Part shown: positions 40,335-49,900 of the stretch, one piece after another
Position numbering within the stretch: the first letter of the stretch is position 1
Layout of the letters: each line of letters starts with the position of its first letter
Source: an uncultured Actinomycetes bacterium
GTDB taxonomy: Bacteria > Actinomycetota > UBA4738 > HRBIN12
Direction: 5' to 3'
Assembly: GCA_963704725.1 (NCBI GenBank)
Contig: OY969934.1
Location: 1,056,001 to 1,120,000 of the forward strand
Length of the DNA stretch: 64,000 nt
Program-made: the position numbers and the translations under genes
Notes under the pieces: generated by a model
Told to the model about the DNA's origin: nothing
The model's database searches: none
What the model saw: the letters and a program-made list of their open reading frames with translations, nothing else

Positions 40335-41792
40335 TCAGTCGAGGCAGAACGTCGTGACGCGGGCGATCCCGACGGGCGCCGGCTCGAACAACCCGGACGC
40401 GGCCGCCGCGTCGGCGCGCGAATCGAAGTAGATCGCGACCGCGGAGCCTGACTGGTCCGGAGCGACACCCAACGCCTCGGCGGCTCCCTGGTCGCACGCG
40501 AGATCGCCGACGCCGGTCGTATAACCGAGGTCCGCCGCCCGGGCGACGGCTGCCTCGGCCTTGGCGTCCGCGGTCTCACCCACCCACAGGTAGACCGCCC
40601 AGTACGTCCCGCCGTGCTCGAGCGTCGCGTCGGCCGGCGCCTCCGGTACAGGACCTTCCGTCGGGGTCCCGTGCCCCACCTCGGCGCTCGCGATGAGATG
40701 GCCGGCCGCGTCGAAGGCGGTGACGATGAACCGGATGTCCGGCGGCCCCACGAAGACCAGGGCGTCCAGATGCGCGTCGATCTCGTCGGGGACGTCGAGG
40801 CGGGTCACCTCGAGCGTGCCGAGCCAGTCCTCGCCGACGGCCTCGAGACGCGTCGCCTCGGCCGGCACGGCGCCGAACACGATCCGCTCCGCGGATTCGC
40901 CCGAGCCGAGCACGTGATCGATCAGGCGGAGCCGGCTCGAGTCGGCGTCGAATCCACCTCCCCCACCCCCGATGCTGCCGGCCTGCATCGACAGGGTGAG
41001 CCCATCGTCCTGCCGCTCCGCGATCAGCTGCCACTCCTCGCCGCCGGCCGTCCCCGTCTGCAGGACGGCCGCCGACGCGGCGTCCGGGTTCGGCGCGAAC
41101 CTCATGGTCGCGAACGCGTCCAGCATCGCCCTCCGGTCGTCCGTCGTCGCGTCCGGTGAGAACCCCACGCGAGCCTCGAACGTCCTCCCCTCGGCCGTCC
41201 AACCGGCCCGCAGGAACTCCCATCCCGGGTAGCACCCACCCTCCCCGGACTCCACCACGTCGCCGCCGGCCGACTCGATCGAGAGCGGCTCGAGCGGGAC
41301 GGGCCAGGGCGCCGCCGAGCCGCCGGCCAGGGCGACCGGCCCCTCCTGGACCGTCATGAGCGACGCCGGCCTCGGGGCGTCCTCGACCATGCCCGGGCAG
41401 CCGAACAGCTCCCCGGAGTCGATGGGGGACACCGCGAGGACCAGTCGCGGGAGCCGAACGTTCCGAAAGACATCACCCGTCGAGCCGTTGAGACCGAGCG
41501 TGTCGGGATCGGCCACGAACCACCCTCCCGGCGTCGTGACCGAGACGCCGTTGATCGTGGTCGTCATCTGCCCGGGCGCGTCGGCGGGTGTTCCGCCGTC
41601 CAGCTCGGACACGGTCCGCACGGCGACGACCGTGACGGCCACGACCGCAAGGACACCGAACAGGCCTCCGGCGACCATCAGGGTCTGCCGGCGGCGGGCC
41701 CGGCCGAGCGACCGATGGGCCTCGTGGGGCGGGGGGGCCGAGCGGGCGTCGTCGTCGAGCACCTCTCGGATGCGCCGTTCGAGATCCGTCAT
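40335..41792 (-). CDS. Single-pass membrane protein, candidate anti-sigma factor
   Basis: Overlaps the sigma stop; LE.RIR..L N-terminus, RRRQ+TM, large extracytoplasmic part. Confidence 0.65.
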   Translation of the reverse strand: MTDLERRIREVLDDDARSAPPPHEAHRSLGRARRRQTLMVAGGLFGVLAVVAVTVVAVRTVSELDGGTPADAPGQMTTTINGVSVTTPGGWFVADPDTLGLNGSTGDVFRNVRLPRLVLAVSPIDSGELFGCPGMVEDAPRPASLMTVQEGPVALAGGSAAPWPVPLEPLSIESAGGDVVESGEGGCYPGWEFLRAGWTAEGRTFEARVGFSPDATTDDRRAMLDAFATMRFAPNPDAASAAVLQTGTAGGEEWQLIAERQDDGLTLSMQAGSIGGGGGGFDADSSRLRLIDHVLGSGESAERIVFGAVPAEATRLEAVGEDWLGTLEVTRLDVPDEIDAHLDALVFVGPPDIRFIVTAFDAAGHLIASAEVGHGTPTEGPVPEAPADATLEHGGTYWAVYLWVGETADAKAEAAVARAADLGYTTGVGDLACDQGAAEALGVAPDQSGSAVAIYFDSRADAAAASGLFEPAPVGIARVTTFCLD

Positions 41793-42316
41793 CGCTCCTC
41801 GCTCCTCACGATCGTTCGAAGGGTCTCCATGCCGCGCGACACGAGCGACCGCGCCGCCGGGATCGAGCACCGCATCGCGCCGGCGACCTCCTGCTCCGGA
41901 AGGTCCGCGTAGTACCGCAGGACGATGGCCGTGCGCTGCCGGGTCGGGAGGCGCCGAAGGGCCAGACGGAGCTCGTCACGGTCGCCGAGCTCGGGCGGCG
42001 CCTCCGGGCGGTCGGGGCGCGCCGACTCCCGCTCCAGGTAGGCCCGCTCCACCCGACGCCGCCGGAAGTGCGACATGCACAGGTTGACGACCGTGCGCCG
42101 CAGATAGACATCGAACGCGTCCGGGTAGCGCAGGTGCCGGAACCGACCCGCGACTCGCGCGAACGCCTCCTGCGCCAGGTCGCGGGCGAGCTCCCGATCC
42201 TGCGTGATCAGGTAGGCAAGCCGGACCGCTTCCGCGGCATGCCGCGCGTAGAGCTCCTCGAGGCGGCCGGCCTGCCGTTCGGCTCTCTCGGTCACCGTCG
42301 AATCCACCATATCCAC
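41789..42316 (-). CDS. ECF sigma factor (actinobacterial SigE family)
   Basis: DLAQEAF, YLRRTVVN, LPTRQRTAIVLRYYADL. Confidence 0.9.
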   Translation of the reverse strand: MDMVDSTVTERAERQAGRLEELYARHAAEAVRLAYLITQDRELARDLAQEAFARVAGRFRHLRYPDAFDVYLRRTVVNLCMSHFRRRRVERAYLERESARPDRPEAPPELGDRDELRLALRRLPTRQRTAIVLRYYADLPEQEVAGAMRCSIPAARSLVSRGMETLRTIVRSEER

Positions 42317-42442
42317 CTGCGCCCTCCTGAGAAGGAGACGCGCGAGGGGCCGGGTTCATCGCGGTGGATCCGTCGGATCGCTCCCTCCGGGCCCATCGCC
42401 GCAGCGTGTTGGTACCATGCCCGCCCGGAGGTCGAGAACGCC

Positions 42443-43114
42443 ATGGCAGAGCAGAAGCTGGTCGGCGAGAAGCGCGAGGGAACCGGCAAGAGCGTCACCC
42501 GCAAGCTGCGGGCGGCCGGGCGGGTCCCGGCGGTGCTCTACGGGCACGGCATGGAGCCCGTCTCGCTCTCGGTCGACTCTCGCGAGCTCCTGCACCTGTT
42601 CCACACCGGCGCGGGCACCAACGTGCTCGTCGACCTCGTTGTGGACGGCGACGCCCATCTGGCGATGGCCCGCGAGATCCAGCGGGACCACATCAAGGGT
42701 AGGTTCGTTCACGTCGACTTCCTGGCCGTCTCCCGCGACGTGCGGATCACGATCTCCGTGCCCGTGCGCGTCGTCGGCGAGTCCGTGGGCGTCAAGGCCG
42801 GCGGCGTCCTCGAGCACCACCTGTGGGAGCTCCAGGTCGAGTGCCTCCCTACCGACGTGCCCGAGGCGATCGAGGCCGACGTCTCGGCGCTCGAGATCGG
42901 TTCCTCCCTGAAGGTGGGCGACCTGGTCGTCCCCGCGGGCGCCACGATCCTGACCGCGCCGGAGGAGTCCGTGGTCGCGGTGCAGCAGCCGCAGGCCCGC
43001 GTCGAGCTCGAGGAGGCCGAGGCCGAGGCCGCGGAGGGCGAGGCCGCCGAGGAGGGCGCCGAGGGCGCCGCCGCCGAGGAGGCCGAGGGCGCCCCCGAGC
43101 CGTCCGAGAGCTAG
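42443..43114 (+). CDS. rplY: 50S ribosomal protein L25/Ctc
   Basis: GRVPAVLYGHG, HVDF, GVKAGG, acidic tail. Confidence 0.95.
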   Translation: MAEQKLVGEKREGTGKSVTRKLRAAGRVPAVLYGHGMEPVSLSVDSRELLHLFHTGAGTNVLVDLVVDGDAHLAMAREIQRDHIKGRFVHVDFLAVSRDVRITISVPVRVVGESVGVKAGGVLEHHLWELQVECLPTDVPEAIEADVSALEIGSSLKVGDLVVPAGATILTAPEESVVAVQQPQARVELEEAEAEAAEGEAAEEGAEGAAAEEAEGAPEPSES

Positions 43115-43129
43115 CGCCACCGAGACCTC

Positions 43130-43711
43130 ATGACCTGGCTCGTGGCCGGGCTCGGGAACCCGGGCCCGCGTTTCGCGAAGAACCGCCACAACCTCGGCTA
43201 CCGGGTCGTCGACGAGCTCGCGTCGCGATCGGGCGAGCGGTTCCGCAAGGCCCGGTTCGTCCCCGCCGACGTGTGCGAGCTCCAGGAGGCCGGCGAGCGC
43301 GTCCTGCTCGCCAAGGCCCACGCGTTCATGAACGAGAACGGCCCTGCGTTCGCCTCGCTCGCCGCAAAGCATCACGTCGATCCGGATCACGTGATCGCCG
43401 TCCACGACGAGATCGACCTCGCCTTCGGGGCCATCCGGGTGAAGTTCGGAGGCTCGACGGCGGGTCACAACGGCGTCAAGTCGTTGGCCGCGGCACTGCG
43501 GACGAAGGACTTCTCTCGCGTCCGGCTCGGGGTCGGCCGCCCCCAGGGGCGTCGCGATCCGGTCGACTGGGTCCTGGAGGACTTCGGAAAACGGGAGGCG
43601 GCCGATGTCGCGATCCTCGTCGACGACGGCGCCGACGCCGTCCTGTCGCTCGTCCGGGAGGGATTGCAACCGACGCAGGACCGCTTCAACCGATCGGGTC
43701 CCCGCGCCTGA
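43130..43711 (+). CDS. pth: Peptidyl-tRNA hydrolase
   Basis: GLGNPG, RHNLG, HDEID, GHNGVKS. Confidence 0.95.
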   Translation: MTWLVAGLGNPGPRFAKNRHNLGYRVVDELASRSGERFRKARFVPADVCELQEAGERVLLAKAHAFMNENGPAFASLAAKHHVDPDHVIAVHDEIDLAFGAIRVKFGGSTAGHNGVKSLAAALRTKDFSRVRLGVGRPQGRRDPVDWVLEDFGKREAADVAILVDDGADAVLSLVREGLQPTQDRFNRSGPRA

Positions 43712-43891
43712 GAAGCGTGCCTGGCATCCCCCGGACGGGGTTGCAGAGCCGACGTTCGGCGTACGACGGCATCACCCGCCGATCGGGTGCAACCCCTAAC
43801 CGGGGCGGCCTACGGCGGAGTGGATTCATCGACCGACGCCCGATGTGGTGCGCTGCGGTAAACCCGATACTCCGTTCAGGAGGTGAGGTCG

Positions 43892-43981
43892 ATGCGAGCG
43901 AGGGTCATTCGCATTCTGTACTCCACCGCCGCCATGGCCACGCTCCTGTTGGCCGCGGGTGCGAAATGGAAGGCTAACTGA
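43892..43981 (+). CDS. 29-aa peptide MRARVIRILYSTAAMATLLLAAGAKWKAN
   Basis: AGGAGGTG SD 6 nt before ATG; signal-peptide-like; paralogous to the next ORF. Confidence 0.8.
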   Translation: MRARVIRILYSTAAMATLLLAAGAKWKAN

Positions 43982-44013
43982 GCCAGCGGGCTCGACCGAG
44001 AAGGAGGTGTTCG

Positions 44014-44097
44014 ATGCGTCTTCGCAGGATCATCCACTCCCTCGGCTGGCTGGCCGCTCTCGTGATGGCGGTGTCTGCCGGCTGGAAGGCCTGGTAG
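44014..44097 (+). CDS. 27-aa peptide MRLRRIIHSLGWLAALVMAVSAGWKAW
   Basis: AAGGAGGTG SD; same architecture and A-x-W-K-A-x ending as the previous ORF. Confidence 0.8.
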   Translation: MRLRRIIHSLGWLAALVMAVSAGWKAW

Positions 44098-44116
44098 CAG
44101 TACTTCGTACGTGAAC

Positions 44117-44144
44117 GCCCCCGGCTCGGCGCCGAGCCGGGGGC
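44117..44144. terminator. Perfect 28-bp palindrome after the peptide genes
   Basis: GCCCCCGGCTCGGC/GCCGAGCCGGGGGC. Confidence 0.7.
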
Positions 44145-44208
44145 CACTGCCGGTCGGGAGGTGCGAGTACGATTCCGCGCCCGATCGGAATCCTCGCTCA
44201 CTCCCCGC

Positions 44209-44784
44209 ATGACGATCGTTCTCGGCACGTTGATCCTCGCGGCGCTCGTCGGCCTCGTGGCGGGCGGGCGGATCGCACATCTCGCGACCCTCCGCATCCG
44301 GTGGGTGCCGGTCGCGGGAATCGCGCTGATCCTCCAGGTCGTTCCCACCTCGAGCCGTGACCGCTCGCTCACGCTGCTGCTGCTCTCGTTCGGACTGCTC
44401 GTCGTTTTCGCGGTCCGCAACCTCCAGGGTCCCCGGGCGTTCCGCCTGATCTTGATCGGCATCCTGCTCAACCTCACCGTGATCGCCCTGAACGGCGGGA
44501 TGCCCGTGACGCGCGAGGCGCTCGGGCGGTCGGGTCAGGACGACACCCTCGCGGCGCTCGTTCAGGCAGGAGCCAAGCACCACCTCGCCGGGCCGGACGA
44601 CCAGGCGGTGTTCCTGGCGGACGCGATCCCCATCGCTCCGCTCCACCAGATCGTGAGCGCGGGCGACCTGTTCACGTACGCCGGCGTCGCGTGGCTCGTG
44701 ATCGCCGGCACGCTCGGGCGCGGGCGCGTGCGACCACGAGCGGCCGAGGTCGGCCTGGTCGGCCTGGAGGAAGCGAATGTCTGA
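44209..44784 (+). CDS. DUF5317-like membrane protein
   Basis: GG...L..LRIRW, GILLNLTVIALNGGMPV, FLADAI, SAGDL; start could be 44161. Confidence 0.8.
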   Translation: MTIVLGTLILAALVGLVAGGRIAHLATLRIRWVPVAGIALILQVVPTSSRDRSLTLLLLSFGLLVVFAVRNLQGPRAFRLILIGILLNLTVIALNGGMPVTREALGRSGQDDTLAALVQAGAKHHLAGPDDQAVFLADAIPIAPLHQIVSAGDLFTYAGVAWLVIAGTLGRGRVRPRAAEVGLVGLEEANV

Positions 44785-46864
44785 GTCGGCGATCCCCGGC
44801 GGGGGCGCAGGGCCCGAGCACGCGCCGACGTGGCGCAAGCAGGCCTACGAGCTCGGCGTCACGTTCGCGCTGATCGGGTGGCTCGCCCTCGGGTTCACGC
44901 ACTCGTTGCGCGCGATCGCGGACCCCTTGCTGCTCGAATGGATCGTGGCGATCCTCGTCGTCGACCTCCTGCCGGTCCCGACGACGATCGGCCTGCCGTT
45001 CAGTCTGAGCTTCCCGCTCCAACTCTCGGTCGCGTTGATCTACCCGCCGGCGGTTGCCGGTGCCGTGGTCTTCCTTGGGAGCACGGACATCCGCGAGTTC
45101 CAGGGCCAGGTTCGGCCGAGTACCGCGCTCTTCAATCGCGCCCAGATCGCCGGCTCGGTGGTTCTCGAGGGGTGGGTGTTCCATCGGCTCGCCTCGCTCT
45201 CCTCCCCGTGGTACGAGCTCGGGCCGGCGGTGCTCGTGGCCGGGATCCTCGGATACGCGGTCAACGCGCTGCTCGTCGCGGTCCACGTCCGGCTCAGCAC
45301 GGGCCGCTCGCTCGGCCCGATCCTGCGCGAGATGCACGTCGGCGTCTTCGGCGAGTTCATCCTCAGTTACATGGGGCTGGCGCTGTTCAGCGTGGTGGTG
45401 GCGACGACGTTCGTCCGTATCGGGCCGTGGTCGATCGCGGTGTTCATCGCTCCGCTCGCGTTCGCGCGGCAGATGTTCACGCGGACGCACTCCCTCGAGG
45501 AGGCCACGATCGAGCTCGACGCGAAGCAGCGCGAGAACGAGTTCCAGGCGCTCCACGACGCCCTCACCGGCCTGCCGAACCGATCGCTGTTCCTGCGCAC
45601 CCTGCACGATGCGATCGACGAGCCGGCGGGGCGGCCGCTCGCCGTCATGATCATCGACCTCGATCACTTCAAGGAGATCAACGACACGCTCGGTCATCAT
45701 GTCGGGGACCTGCTGCTGACCGAGATCGGGCCGCGGCTGTCGCCCGTGCTTCGCGCGGGCGACGTCATGGCCAGGATCGGAGGCGACGAGTTCGGCATCG
45801 TCCTTCCCGATCTGCCCCATCCGAGCGCGGCCGTGATGATCGCGGAACGGCTCATCGAGGAGCTCGAGCGCCCGCTCCCGGTCGAAGGACTCGCGCTCGA
45901 CATGTCGGGCAGCATCGGCATCGCGATGTACCCGGACGACAGCGACGACGTCGAGGCCTTGCTCCGCCGAGCCGACGTCGCGATGTATGCCGCGAAGGAG
46001 GCGGGGGGTGGCTACGAGCTCTACAAGCCGGAGTTCGATCAGCACAGCCGCCAGCGGCTGACGCTCGTCTCCCAGATCCGTCCCGGGCTCGAGAACCGGG
46101 AGTTCGTCGTGCACTACCAGCCGAAGGTGCATCTCGAGGACGGCCGGACGACCGGTGTCGAGGCGCTGATCCGGTGGAACCACCCCCAGCGGGGCCTGGT
46201 CGCCCCCGACGAGTTCATCCCGCTGCTGGAGCGGACGGTCCTGCTCCGGCCCATCACCCACTTCGTGCTGGAGGAGGCGATCCAGCAGGCGCACCGGTGG
46301 GGGCAGCGCGGGATCGAGCTCGGCGTCGCGGTCAACCTGTCCCCCCGGAGCCTCCTCGACCGCCAGCTCGCCGATCACGTGGCCGAGGTGCTGGGCCGGT
46401 GGCACGTGCCGGCGAGCGCGCTCACGCTCGAGCTCACGGAGAGCTTCCTGATGGAAGACTCCGGCCGGTCGATCGGCGTGCTGGCCACGCTGGCCGACGT
46501 GGGCGTGCGACTGTCGATCGACGACTTCGGCACGGGCTACTCGTCGCTCAGCCACCTGAAGCGGCTCCCCATCAACGAGATCAAGGTCGACTGCTCGTTC
46601 GTCAGTCACATGACCGAGGACGCGAACGACGAGATGATCGTGCGGGCCACGGTCGAGCTCGGCCGGAACCTCGGTCTCCAGGTGGTCGCCGAGGGTGTGG
46701 AGAACCGCGCCACGGCCGACCGCCTGGCCGAGATGGGATGCGACCTGGCGCAGGGCTTCTTCTTCAGCCGTCCGGTGCCGGCGGCCGAGCTCACCCGATC
46801 CCTGGAGACCGGTGTGATCCCCCACACCGGGGATCGTCCGAGGCCGCAGCTCCACGCGGTCTGA
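44777..46864 (+). CDS. Multi-TM diguanylate cyclase/phosphodiesterase (GGDEF-EAL)
   Basis: About 7 TMs; HDALTGLPNR, ARIGGDEF, EALIRW, DDFGTGYSS, VAEGVE. Confidence 0.95.
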   Translation: MSESAIPGGGAGPEHAPTWRKQAYELGVTFALIGWLALGFTHSLRAIADPLLLEWIVAILVVDLLPVPTTIGLPFSLSFPLQLSVALIYPPAVAGAVVFLGSTDIREFQGQVRPSTALFNRAQIAGSVVLEGWVFHRLASLSSPWYELGPAVLVAGILGYAVNALLVAVHVRLSTGRSLGPILREMHVGVFGEFILSYMGLALFSVVVATTFVRIGPWSIAVFIAPLAFARQMFTRTHSLEEATIELDAKQRENEFQALHDALTGLPNRSLFLRTLHDAIDEPAGRPLAVMIIDLDHFKEINDTLGHHVGDLLLTEIGPRLSPVLRAGDVMARIGGDEFGIVLPDLPHPSAAVMIAERLIEELERPLPVEGLALDMSGSIGIAMYPDDSDDVEALLRRADVAMYAAKEAGGGYELYKPEFDQHSRQRLTLVSQIRPGLENREFVVHYQPKVHLEDGRTTGVEALIRWNHPQRGLVAPDEFIPLLERTVLLRPITHFVLEEAIQQAHRWGQRGIELGVAVNLSPRSLLDRQLADHVAEVLGRWHVPASALTLELTESFLMEDSGRSIGVLATLADVGVRLSIDDFGTGYSSLSHLKRLPINEIKVDCSFVSHMTEDANDEMIVRATVELGRNLGLQVVAEGVENRATADRLAEMGCDLAQGFFFSRPVPAAELTRSLETGVIPHTGDRPRPQLHAV

Positions 46865-46971
46865 CGTCGATCCCGCCTTCCGCCGGACCCGGGTAGAGTG
46901 ACCACAGGGCCCGTCGCGGCGCGACGAGGCCTCTTCGCGCTGTCCGGCGCAGCCGGGGAGAGGAACGGAGC

Positions 46972-49900
46972 ATGCTTGGGGAGCTGCTCGACGCGCTGAT
47001 CGGCTCGGACGGCTTCGAGGCGATGCTGACGGAGCGGGCCCGCCCGGTTCTCGCTCGCGCGGACGCTGGCGAGGACTTCGTGGTGTCGGCGCTCGCCCGG
47101 ACCCTCGAGGCGCCGGTGCTAGTGGTCGCTGCCGGACCGCGTGAGGCCGAGCCGCTCGTCCGCGGGTCCGAGGCGTGGCTCGGCCCGGACCGCACCGCCT
47201 ACCTGGCGCCCTGGGAGGCGCTGCCGTACGAGGGCATCGGACCGTCGCCCGAGGTGGCCGCCGGGCGGGCCCAGGCGATCCGCCGGCTCCGAGCGGCCGA
47301 CGGCGCGTTCGTGCTCGTCACGACGGGGCTCGCCGCGATGCAGGGGCTCGTCCCCACCCTCGGGACCGTCGAACCCATCGAGCTGGCGACCGGGACCGAG
47401 ATCGCGCCGCACGAGCTCGGAGACCGGCTCGTCGCGCTCGGATACGCCCGGACCGACGTCGTCGAGCGCCGCGGCGAGTTCGCCGTCCGCGGCGGCGTCC
47501 TCGACGTCTTCCCAGGCACGTCCCGTCGCCCGGTCCGGATCGAGTACTGGGGCGACGCGATCGAGTCCCTGCGCGAGTTCGCCGCCTCGTCACAGCTGTC
47601 GTCGGGACCGGTGCAGCGCGTCCTGGTCCCGCCGGTCCGGGAGCTCATCGTCGACGACGCGGTCCGGGCGCGCGCCGCCGAGCTCGCGCCCGGGCACCTC
47701 GACCGCTTCCGGGACGGCCTGCAGCGCATCGCCGATGGCCTGCACGTCGAGGGCGCGGAGTCGTTCGCGCCGCTCCTGTTCGGCGAGCTGCCGACGCCGG
47801 CCGAGCTGCTGCCAAAGGGGTCGTGGGTCGTCCTGTCGCAAGCCCGCCGGACCGCCGACCGCGCGCGGCAGGCGTTCGACGAGGCGGCCGCGCTGGCCGA
47901 GGCGATCCGGTGGCCCGGACCCGCGGCCATGGCGCCGCTGGACGAGGCCCTGGGCACCGCCACCCAACTCCATCTGACGGAGTTCACGGAGGGGATCGAC
48001 CTCCGGATCACGCACTGGGGCACGGCGCAGGGCAACCCCGCCGAGGTGGCCAAGCGGGCGGAGGAGCTGCGGGGCCGGGGGTACCGAGTGGTCGTCGCGG
48101 CCGGCGGGCGCGGGTCGCTGGAGCGGACCCGCGAGGTCCTCGGCTCGGCGGCCGAGGAGGCGATCGAGGCCCCGCTCGCGAGCGGGTTCGTGTGCGCCGC
48201 CGGCCGCCTCGCCGTCGCGACCGAGGAGGACGTGTTCGGGGCGCGGCGGCACACGCGGACGGCCCCACGGCTCACGTCGCGCCGACAGGACGCGATCGCC
48301 GAGGAGCTCGAGATCGGCGACTACGCGGTGCACCGGGTCCACGGCGTGGCCCGGTACGCCGGGATCCACCGCCGCGCCATCGGCGACGCCGAGCGCGACT
48401 ACATGGTCCTCGAGTACGCGCAGGGGGATCGGCTGAGCGTCCCCACAGACTCGGTGGGGATGGTGGCTCGCTACGTCGGGGGGGACGCGCCGAGGCTCTC
48501 CCGTCTCGGCTCGAGCGACTGGGCCCGAGCGACGGGGCGCGTCAAACGGGCGGTGAAGGACATGGCCGGGGAGTTGGTCCGGCTGTACTCGGTCCGGATG
48601 TCGGTGCAGGGTCACGCGTTCGGTCCCGACACGCCGTGGCAGACCGAGCTCGAGGACGCCTTCCCGCACGTCGAGACGGGCGACCAGGTCACGGCGATCG
48701 AGGAGGTCAAGACGGACATGGCGCGGCCCAAGCCCATGGACCGACTGATCTGCGGCGACGTCGGCTTCGGCAAGACGGAGATCGCCGTGCGGGCGGCGTT
48801 CAAGGCGGTGATGGACGGGATGCAGGTGGCGGTCCTGGTGCCGACGACGCTCCTCGCGGAGCAGCACTTCATCACCTTCTCCGAGCGCTTCGCGCCGTTC
48901 CCCGTGAAGGTGGCCATGCTGTCGCGGTTCGTCTCGAAGGCGGAGCAGGACCGGATCGTGGCGGACCTGAAGCGGGGCGCCGTCGACGTGGTCATCGGCA
49001 CGCACCGGCTGCTCTCGCGCGACATCGCGTTCAAGGATCTCGGCCTGCTGGTCGTCGACGAGGAGCAGCGGTTCGGCGTCGCGCACAAGGAGCGGCTGAA
49101 GCGGCTGCGCGCCCAGGTCGACGTGCTGACGATGACGGCCACGCCGATCCCCCGGACGCTCGAGATGGCCCTCACCGGCATCCGCGACATGTCGACCGTG
49201 GACACGCCGCCGGAGGACCGGCAGCCGGTCCTGACCTACGTCGGTCAGTACGACGAGGGGCTGGCGGTCGGCGCTGTCCGCCGCGAGCTCCTGCGCGAGG
49301 GTCAGGTGTTCTGGGTCCACAACCGCGTGGCGACGATCGACCGGCAGGCGGCGTGGCTCCAGCAGCAGGTGCCGGAGGCGAGGATCGTCATCGCCCACGG
49401 ACGGATGGACGAGGACGTCTTGGAGCGGCAGATGATGCGGTTCTGGGACCGAGACGCCGACGTGCTGGTGTGCACCGTGATCATCGAGTCCGGCCTCGAC
49501 GTGCCGAACGCGAACACGCTCGTCGTCGACTCGGCCCACCTGCTCGGGCTGGCCCAGATGTACCAGCTGCGGGGCCGCGTCGGGCGCTCGACCGAGCGCG
49601 CGTTCGCGTACTTCTTCTTCCCCCCGACGCGCGAGCTCACCGAGGAGGCGCACGAACGCCTCACCACGATCAGCCGACATCAGGCTCTGGGCAGCGGGTT
49701 CCAGATCGCGCTGCGGGACCTCGAGATCCGCGGCGCCGGCAACGTGCTCGGCGCCGAGCAGCACGGGCACATCGCGGCGGTGGGATTCGACACGTACGCC
49801 CGCCTGCTGCAGGAATCGGTGGCCGAGATGCGAGGCGAGCCGCTGCCCGAGCAGAAGGAGATCCGCATCGACCTGCCGGTGAAGGCGTTCGTCCCGCCCG

